DNA from: Octopus vulgaris
Lineage: Eukaryota
Length of the DNA: 64,000 bases
Assembly: GCA_951406725.2 (NCBI GenBank)
Contig: OX597823.1
Coordinates: 3,224,001 to 3,288,000, forward strand
Direction: 5' to 3'
The position numbers and the translations under genes were made by a program. Numbering within the stretch: position 1 is the first letter of the stretch; each line of letters starts with the position of its first letter. Of the stretch, positions 24,701 through 35,200 are shown one piece after another. The notes under the pieces were generated by a model, which saw nothing but the letters and a program-made list of their open reading frames with translations, was not told the origin of the DNA and did no database searches.

Positions 24701-26919
24701 GGTCACTAGTCATTGCCTCGGTGAGCCCAATGTTCGAAAGTCATGCTTCACCACCTCATCCCAGGTCTTCCTGAGTCTACATGTTTCACAGGTTCCCTCA
24801 ACTGCTTGAGTGTGGCACTTTTTCACACAGCTATCCACATCCATTCTCGCCACATGGCCATACCAGCGCAGTCGTCTCTCTTGCACACCACATCTGATGC
24901 TTCTTATGTCCAACCTTTCTCTCAAGGTACTTACACTCTGTTGAGTATGCACACTGACATTACACATCCATCGGAGCATACTGGCTTCATTCCTTGACAG
25001 CTTATGCATGTCCTCAGCAGTCACGGCCCATGTTTCACTGCCATGTAGCATTGCTGTTCATACACATGCGTCATATAGTCTACCTTTTACTCTGTGCAAG
25101 AGGCCCTTTGTCACCAACAGAACTAAGAGCTCTCTGAACTTTACCCAGGCTATTGTTATTCTAGCAGCTACACTTTCAGTGCACCCTCCCCTGCTACTGA
25201 CTTGGTCACCTAGGTAACAGAAGCTATCAACTATTTCTAGTTTTTCTCCCTGGAATGTGGCGGAAGTTGCTCTCTGCGCATTTTCAGTGTTTATTGCTCC
25301 TGAGCATCTGCCACATACAAAAACTATCTTCCTAGTTAGCCCTCCCTTGACGTTGCTGCACCTCTTATGTGTCCATAGCTTACACTGGGTACATCTTATA
25401 GAGTTTCTACCTACGCCTTTTCTACAGATCGAGCAGGGCCAACTACCTGAAGGGATTTGTGGTTTGCCTGCCTTCCTACTTATTAGGACTTTGGTTTTAG
25501 CTAGGTTGACTCTAAGGTCCTTCCATTCTAATCCTTGTTTCCACACTTGAAACTTCTCCTCTAGTTCTGATAGTGACTCAGCAATTAGAGCAAGGTCATC
25601 AGCATAGAGGAGCTCCTAGGGGCATCCTGTCTTGAATTCCTCTGGTATTTCCTGGAGGATTATTATAAATAGGAGGGGGCTGAGGACTGAACCTTGGTGG
25701 ACCCCTACCTCTACACGGAATTCTTCACTGTACTCATTGCCAACCCTCACTTTACTGACAGCGTCCTTGTACATGGCTTGCACAGCTCTCACTAACCATT
25801 CATCTATCCCTAGTTTTCTCATTGACCACCAGATAAGGGATCGAGGGAGCCTGTCAAAGGCTTTCTCCATGTCTACGAGAGCCAGGTACAGAGGTTTATC
25901 TTTGGCTAGGTAGTTCTCCTACAGCTGTCTTACCAGAAATATAGCATCAGTGGTGCTTTTCCCTGCCACAAACCCAAACTGCATTTCATCTAAACTGACT
26001 CTTTCCCTAATTAGTTTGGCTATGGCCCTCTCCGTGACCTTCATTACCTGATCCAACAACTTGATACCTGTTTAATTATTTGTATCTAAAGCGTTACTAA
26101 ACACATTATGTTACGTCAGTGTGCAAACAGATGCATATCTGTATTTTTGTATATGCATCTGTGCCTGCAGAATTTATTTTTGTCCCTTGAATAAATACAG
26201 TTGAGAAACTGTTGGTTATCACTGCTCATGCAAGGCTCAAAGGTCCAGATATAGCTGTGGGGTTAAGAGTCTCATTTTGGAACCACATGCTTAGGGGTTT
26301 GACTGGTGTCCTGCACTCTAGCTTTTCGGGATGAAACTTGGTCAGCAGAAACTGGGAAAAACCTGCAATATATATACATAGACGGCTCAGAAGTAAATAG
26401 ACAGCATCGTTTTTGAAAGATTTATTTCTTGAAACGAAATAATGTCATTTGATGGGGTTGGATAGTTTGACAAGAGGTGGCCAGCTGGTGGGCTGCACCA
26501 TTCTCTAGTTGTCTGCTTTGGCATGGTTTCTGTGGATGGATACTCTGCCTAATGAGTGCACCAGGTGCTTTTAAATGCAGCATCAGTACAGGTGCTTTTC
26601 ATGTGATGCCAATATGTTTGCTTTTTATTCAGCACAAAAGCAACACCTGCACTGGTCCCATAGACATGCGTGTGTGTGACTGAGTGCATATCCCTTCTAA
26701 TCTGGGCATGAATGGTAACACAGCACCACCATTCCTACAAATGGTATTGTTTGCAGTCATTCATGAATGCACATCCAGGCTGTTTGTCATACGGTAGACT
26801 GGGGGTGGGGGTGAGGTGTTGTGTGGAAACAGGTGAGGAAGAGCATCCAGCCATAGACATTTCTGTCTCTGCAAAACCTTATCTAATCCATAAGAAATGG
26901 CAAAATGGAAGCTAACACA

Positions 26920-26953
<34 letters not shown>

Positions 26954-29232
26954 AAGCAGGTGTTAGCATAGATAATGTAGTGAGCCAAAAAATTTTAATT
27001 GCTGAAAATTACATGTTGGTTAGTAATGATAACATGTCGTTATGCTAATTAGTAATTCTGATGAAGCAAGCAGTGGGGTGGGGTGGGGGACAACCTTTGA
27101 ACAGAAATTATGATTAATCAAATATAGAATAGGGAAGGGGAGTGAGTTTAGTACTATAAATAGTGAAGGCACATGCTTAAGTGGTTCGGGTGTTCAGCTC
27201 AAGATGGTAAGTTCATGAGTTCAATACCTGGCAGTGCATTGTGTCCTTGGACAAGACACTTTGTTTCAGATTGTTCCAGTCCACTCAGCTGGCAAAAACG
27301 TGTTGTACCTGCATTTCAAACGGCCAGCCTAGCCTCCCTGAGAACTATGTTAAGGGTACGCATGTCTGTGGAGTACTCAGCTACTTACATGGTAATTTCA
27401 CCAGCAGTCTGTTCTGTCGACCAGAGCAACTGGAACACTCACCGTTGTAACCAACGGAATGACAGTTTTACCTATACAGACAGGTTTGTGTTTTGTTAGT
27501 CCTTATCTTATACAGGTAGAATACCACCACCACCAACAACAACAGCAACAACAACAGAAGTAAATTAATTGCACTATACATTGACAGAGGTGGTGAGAAC
27601 AAGCCCAGGCAGGAGACTAAATATTTATGACTAGAGTAGATATGTTGTTGGCAGAGAAATAGGGAGATAAAGTATTTGTAGTAGCCAGAAATAATAAGTT
27701 TAGACTAGTTGTGGTCAATGTGAGAGTGACCTATGTGGTCGTGTAGTTCCTGCTTTGTATAATGATGGAGTAGTTATGGTTGGAATACCTTTAATCACAG
27801 GTCAGCTTGATTAGGGCTGACCTGGGGCTAAACAATTTCAACAAATTTATGGTTGTGTCAATTTTTTTAATTTGAGAGTTTCTAAGGTCAGTAATCAAAG
27901 AATATAACCTTACAGGCACTGTAAGGCGTAAATTACATTATATGTAACTTTATATATGTGTGTGTGTGCATGTATGCACACGTCTGTGTATTTAATAGAG
28001 TTTTCAAAACAGTTTCTTGATTATTCTATTGGCATTTAAAGCAGTCATATGCGGGCCAAATACTTGTTTTATGTTCAACCCAACCGGTTCTGGCCTCTCA
28101 CACCTACCCTACAATGTCATTCTAAAACTGTACAATCACATCATTGAAATCTCAAAGCTCCAAGATAATCCATGGCTAATTCAAAAGAATACGAATAAAT
28201 CAGCATTACATTTGAGAGAGTAAACTGAATGCTAAACAGTTAAGCGGGTTCCTCAACTCTCTCTTTCTTGCTTATAATTCCCCTCTTTATCTGTCTGTCT
28301 CTTTTATTTTGAGTACTTTCCTTCTTTTGTTTAGTTGCCATCATAAGCCAGTGCCCAAAGATCGACCGTTTTTCTGTGAGAACAGTAATGCACGAAAGTA
28401 TGACTGGAACATATCTTGTTGCTCGGACTCTGCATTTTGCAACAAAAAACTCCACCCTGTTCTTGAACCATACAAACCAGATCCTTGTAAGTATTGTCAG
28501 ATCTTGAAATATTTTTGGACAGTTTATTTACAGAACATTTTTTTACTTGCAGTGTGGGAGGTGTTTATAAGTCATTTAAAAACACACAAAAGCCGTTAGA
28601 TTCACTTCAACATTTAAATTTAATTTGCCAAAATATTTTCATCACTTTGAAGCCGCAACCTGTTCACTGACAAAATTGCATGCTGCAGCATGGAATTTTG
28701 TCAGTGAACAGGTTGCGGCTTCTTTCGTCATGAAAATATTTTGGCAAATTAAATTTAAATGTTGAAGTGAATCTAACGGCTTTTGTGTGTTTTTAAATGA
28801 CTTATAAACACCTCCCACACTGCAATTGTTTTTGTTTCAGCACACGATCTCAGATCAGGTCATTTGCTATGCAAGTACATCTCTGTAATATATTAGGTTG
28901 TCCCAAAAGTTCGTAAACACTTGCGAAAATTGAATTTTTACTCGCCAAGTACTAATAAAAACAACAAAAATTATTCCTCAAAATAAAGACCATTATTTTC
29001 CAAGACTTTCTACGAACTTTTGGGACAACCTTATATATTATATTATATATGTGTGTGTGTGTGTGGAACATAAAAAGCACCCACTACACTCACGGAGTGG
29101 TTGGCGTTAGGAAGGGCATCAAGCTGTAGAAATACTGCCAGATCAGACTGGAGCCTGGTGCAGCCATCTGGCTTCCCAGACCCTGGTCAAACCGTCCAAC
29201 CCATGCTAGCATGGAAAACGGACGTTAAATGA

Positions 29233-29271
<39 letters not shown>

Positions 29272-32200
29272 AACCTACATAGTAGGCATATAAACATTAC
29301 AAATTTAATTTTTTCTCCTATCTAACAGCCATGCATGCATGACAGCTTCAGATGAATACACACACATGCACACATTAATTAATTTAATTAGTTTGTCTGT
29401 TGTTATCAATAATGACCCAAAATATCACATTGTAGAAGACAGAGCATAGGGTGTCTGGCTGTGGTCCCTCAGTCCAATGCGTGCTGGGAAGGCTCCACTG
29501 CAGGTGAGGCACTGGTGGCCTGCTGCAATGGAAGGCAAGGAGTCGGCGCTGGATTTGTGCCTCTGCAACCTGCGCTCCTGTTTTGTTTGTTGGTTCAGCT
29601 TTGCCAGGTAGGGGGGTTACATGCCTGCTTTGTCCAGGTGTTGTGATTTATCCCAAAGCTCTTCACTGAGGCTTTGAGTGTGTCCTTAAAGAACTTTTTC
29701 TGCCCACCTTGCATGCACGTATCTTCCACCCGTTCACTGTAACACAGTCTCTTGTGGAGTTGCATGTCAGACATTCAAACAAAGTGGCCTGCCCACCTTA
29801 CCTGTGCTCTCCTCAGCAGCAGCACCACCACACAGGTGCATGTAGACACACATGCGGCCACATAATTCTTATACGGATAGCTCTCATCTGTCTCTTCAAT
29901 GTATACTTTACAACATAAGAGGAACACACACACACACACACACACACTACAGCCACATAGCTCTTATATAAATAGTTGCCATCTATTAAGTGGTCGAGAA
30001 AGTTTTTGTGGAATTTTTAATTTTGGTTATAAATGATGTATTTTCAAATTAATTTTCGTTAAATTAGTTTGACTTTATACATCATTTTAAAGCCCGTTTT
30101 TCACTCTATCTAATCGTGTTACTTTTTTACTTTTTGAATAATTTAGGCCATTTTTTCCGGAATGTTGAATACAACAAGGACAAAAAGCAAATTCGCACAA
30201 TTTTCTTATTCCAGTTCAAGCTCACGATATCAGTGATGCATTTGGCCCAGGAACTACTAATGAATGTACAGCACTATGGTGGTTCAAGGAATTTCGTAGT
30301 GGTGACGGGAGTTTTGAAGATGATAAGCGTAGTGGTCGGCCATCAGATGCTGACAACAATCAACTAAGAGCCTTAGTCAAAGCCAATCCACACACAAATG
30401 TTCGAGAGCTTGCTTCTGAATTAGATGTAACGTGTATGACAATTTCCAACCACTTGAAAGAGATTGGAAAAACAAAAATACTTGAGAAATGGGTGTCGTA
30501 CAAATTGAACAACAACCAAAAAAAATGCCATTTTGAAGTGTCGTCTTCCCTTCTTTTACGCAACAAGAATGACCCGTTTCTCAACCAGATTGTGACTTAT
30601 GATGGAAAGTGGATTCTTTACGACAACCGGTGATGCTCAGCTCAGTGGTTGGACGCCGACGAAGCTCTACGTCACTTCTCAAAGCCAAAGTTGCACCAAA
30701 ATGTCAAGGTGACTGTCTGGTGGTCTGCGGCTGGTCTCATCCATCACAGCTTTTTGGATCCAGGCGAAACCATTATGGCAGAGAAGTACTGTCAGCAAAT
30801 GGATGAAATTCATAAGAAACTCCGACAACAACGCTCGGTCGCATGTCGTACAACTGACCCTGCAGAAGTTGAACGAATTGGGCTACAGAACTCTGCCTCA
30901 TCCGCCATACCAGACCTCTTGCCGACCAACTACCACTTTTTCAAGCATTTTGACAACTTCCTGCATAAGAAATGCTTCAAAAACCAAGACGATGCCAAAC
31001 ATGCCTTCAATGACTTCATGGCCACCGGAATGCAGCCAAGATATGTGCATCTGAATTTAAAGGTTAAAAACTGCAAGAACTTTCTTGACAACCTAATACA
31101 TTTCCTCAACTAATATTTTACTTGTGTGAAGTCGGCAAGCTTTCAGAATTGTTAGCATGCTGGGCACAATGCTTAGCAACATTTCAACTCTCTTTGTGTT
31201 CTGAGTTCAAATTCTGCAGAAGTTTGACTTTACCTTTCATCATTTCAGGGTTGATAAAGTAAGTACCAGTCACATACTGGGGTCAGTGTAATCGACCCCT
31301 ACCTTGTGCCAAAATTTGAAATCAAAATTTTACTTGTTCGTTACAGCAAGAAGTGGATCTGAAGGAATGGACCTAACTAATACCGTAGTCATCACAATAT
31401 GTGTTGGAGTGATCCTTCTGTTGCTGCTTATTGCATTCATCTACTTCTGCCAACGCCGGTCACAGATCTACTTGCCTGCTAACTCCACAGTTGACCGCTT
31501 CCAGGCCATGCAATGTGGCAGTCTGAGAAGTCTTATTGAAGACTGGTCCCCTTCTGGTTCCGGTTCAGGTCAGTTTGGACATTTTTGATGTTTTATTCTT
31601 CGTTGTTGATAGTATTTATGATGATGCTGATGGTGATGATAGTCATCATCATCATCATCAGCATTATCATTATTGCTATTTGTGTATGTGTACTCTCCAC
31701 AAACACCACCACCAACATATCCAGCTGTATAATCCATGCCGTAACTGACATTTGGCACTTGCTGCAGCTCCTGTCAAACTGTCCAACCCATGCCAGCATG
31801 GAAAAATGGATGTTAAATGATGATGATGATGATGTAATTTGTAGTTTTGGTGTGTCTGTGTGTGTCACATGTATATGTAATTGTATGTGTAGTGTGTATG
31901 TTTGTGTGTAATATATGTATTTGCGTGTGTGTAAGGGTAGGCAGCAGGCATTGTCACGTGGCTAAGAAGTTTGCTTTGCCAGCATCTGGTTCCAGGTTCA
32001 TTCCCATCATGTGGCACTGTGGACAAGTGGACAAGTGTCTCCTATTAGAGCCTCGAAACTGGAAATGGTTGGCAGAAACAGTTTGGAAAGCCATAGTGAG
32101 TGTGTTTGTGTATGAGTGTTATGTGTGTCTCTACTTTCCCGGTTGTGTGTTGATATTGTGTATGTCCTGAAAAGAGGGAAAACCTTGACCCCTTTTAGAC

Positions 32201-35200
32201 CAGTGATTCTCGACCATATTATACCTATGGATCCCTTTGATCCTTATTTTACTCTGCTGGACCCTTACAACTATTTAATGTTTAAAGAGAAACTTATAAT
32301 TTTTAATTATATATCGTTAGGAATTTTATGAGAAAATTCTTAGAATATGTTGTATATTGTAGAAGTATAACCGATTTGTTGCACATAAATTTTTTTCAAT
32401 AAACTCTTGACCCACAAGGTTCTTGTGGACCCTGGTTGGAAACCACTGATTTAGACAGTGCTAATGTTTACTGTAAAAAGATCTCCTGTTGTTTTATGGC
32501 TCACCATATGAAAGACTGAAGGATTAAATACCTAAGTTGGAAATGAATTATTGGTAGTGACATAAAACTGCTTCAGCAAGTTTTGTTTGCTATTGTAGAA
32601 AAGGCACAAATGTGATCATTGACAGAGCGGCTAACCGGCTTCCGTGCCAGTGGCACTTAAGAGGCACCATTCGAGCATGATTGTTGCCAGAGCAGATATC
32701 TGGCCTCCATGCTGGTGGCACATAAAAGACACCATTCGAGCATGATCGTTACCAGCATTGCCTTACTGGCACCTGTGCCGGTGGCATGTGTAAAAGATTC
32801 AAGCAAGGCCATTGCCAGCACTGCCTGACTGGCACGTGAAAAGCACCCACTACACTCTCGGAGTGGTTGGCGTTAGGAAGGGCATCCAGCTGTAGAAACT
32901 CTGCCAGATCAAGATTGGGGCCTGGTGCAGCCATCTGGTTCGCCAGACCTCAGTCAAACCATCCAACCCATTCTAGCATGGAAAGCGGATGTTAAACGAT
33001 GATGAAGTTGGTGGTTGTATGACTTGAGCATGTTGAACAAATAGTTCAGTGCCTGTTGCTATAGGGAGCACTCCGTCGGCTACGAGGGAACTGCTTGCTC
33101 GTGAAATTAGCATGCAAGTGGCTGAGCTCTCCACAGACACGTACATGTACCCTTAATGTTATTCTCAGGGAGATTCAACATGACACTGTGTGACAAGGGT
33201 GGCCTTTTGAAATTCAGGTACTACTCACTTTTGCCAGCTGAGTGGACTGGAGCAACGTGAAATAAAATGTCTTGCTCAAGGACACAACACATCGCCGGGA
33301 ATTGAACTCACGACCTTACAATCATGAGCCGAATGCCCTAACCACTAGGCCACATGCCTTCACATGCATGTTGCTATATATCGGTGGTAAGTGCAAAATA
33401 ATTTTTAATCAGTTGAAATTGTAGCTAGAATGAGAAGAAAATTATTTTGTGTTGATGAAGTCTCACAAGGGATAAGAGAGAAAGAGAGAGAGAGAACTTT
33501 CTGAAATTTCAATTGACCAAAATTTAAAAGGTGGTGTTGATCTTTAGCAACTCCCAGTATTTCTGTTATAGAGTTCTTCGGTCACTTGGCAAGCAATACT
33601 GGACAGGTCATAGCTTCTATGTCAGTGTGCTGTGTCCCAAGTGATGAAACTGTTGGCTTGTCTCTTGTGTGGTAAAAACAAACTGGCACTGGTTATGATG
33701 ACAAAGGTTCCAGTTGATTTGATCGACAGAACAGCCCTCTCGTGAAATTAACATGCACGTGGCTGAGTACTCCATAGATACGCATGCCCTTAACATAGTT
33801 CTCAAGGAGATTCTGTGTGATACAGCGTGATAAGGTTGGCCCCCTTGTGAATTACAGGTACAACTCATTTTTGACAGCTGTGTGGACTGGAGCAGTGTGA
33901 AAATGAAGTGTCTCGCTCAAGGACTCGGCATGCTGCTAGGAACTGAACTCACGACCTTACAATCATGATCTGAATACCCCTAACCACTTAACCACATACC
34001 TTCCCTAACAGTTATATACTGGTGTCAATTCAATCTATCACATCCTGTTTCTCCACAAAACTTTGTGTGTCAGTATGAACGACCCTTATTTGTCCATTGT
34101 GTCACGATGCAATCCCCTCTTTTTGTTGCAGGTCTTCCTCTCCTTGTTCAGCGAACCATAGCAAGACAGATACGGCTCATAGAGATTATTGGAAAAGGCC
34201 GTTATGGTGAAGTGTGGCGGGGACAGTGGCGGGGTGAGTCGGTGGCGGTGAAGATCTTCTCCTCACGAGATGAACGTTCGTGGTTTCGTGAGGCTGAAAT
34301 TTACCAAACAGTGATGCTTCGTCATGAGAACATTCTTGGTTTTGTTGGAGCTGATAATAAGGGTAAGAAACTGGATTTTGGTAAAGTAAATACTGGTTCA
34401 GTCTCAGTGGCAGCTTCAGAAATTCTTTCGAAAATCCCTTTTTTTATTAAAAAAAAAATTTTTTTTAAGAAGCAGTGTGGCCAATGCTGGTTTCGTGTCA
34501 GTGGCACCCGTGCTGCTGTCATGGAACTAACACCCATGCTGGTGGCATGTAATAAGCACTTTTCAAGTGCTGGGCCTCATGGAGGCAATATCAAATGACT
34601 GAGAACTTTGACAATATGCTGTGCTTGAGAAGGAAGATCCACCAAGCCAAGTGAAATTGTAGTCGTGGTAGATATTGGTGTTATGCAACTGTTACCAGTG
34701 CTGGTGGCGCATAAAAGCATCTGTTACCAGTGCTGGTGGCGCATAAAAGCATCTGTTACACTCTTGGGAGTGGTTGGTATTAGGAAGGGCATCCAGCCGT
34801 AGAAACCAGCCCCCTCACCTTAACAACCCTGATCAAACCGTCCAACCCATGCCAGCATGCACAACGGACTTTAAATGATGCTGACATCAGAATTTAATCG
34901 CTCCCTGAAATTTTCCATCCTAATCTTTTGGTAGTTACTATAGTGTTAGAGCGTCATCTTCCACTAGGTTGCCTGGGTAACAAAAGCTATCAACAACTAC
35001 TGTGGAGTCTTCTAATCACTGAAAAATATTTCATCTCACTGATGTTTAACTGAATAAATATATTATCATTTATTTCATTTCAATTGTTTTGTCCACCTAA
35101 AATTCTTCAAGGCAGTGCCCCAGCATGGTCACAGTCTAATGAGTGAAACCTTGCCAGATCAGACTGGGGCCTGGTGCAGCCTTCTGGCTTGCCAGTCCTC

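Noticed and set aside
29986-31096. SETMAR/Metnase-like domesticated gene
   Set aside because: Multiple frameshifts and stops, TIRs still present, no SET domain; a dead cecropia-type mariner.
34363-34598. C-terminal extension of ORF 34065-34598 (and similar read-through in 44638-45135 and 31304-31588)
   Set aside because: Read-through into intron past strong GT donors; kinase similarity stops exactly at the splice sites.
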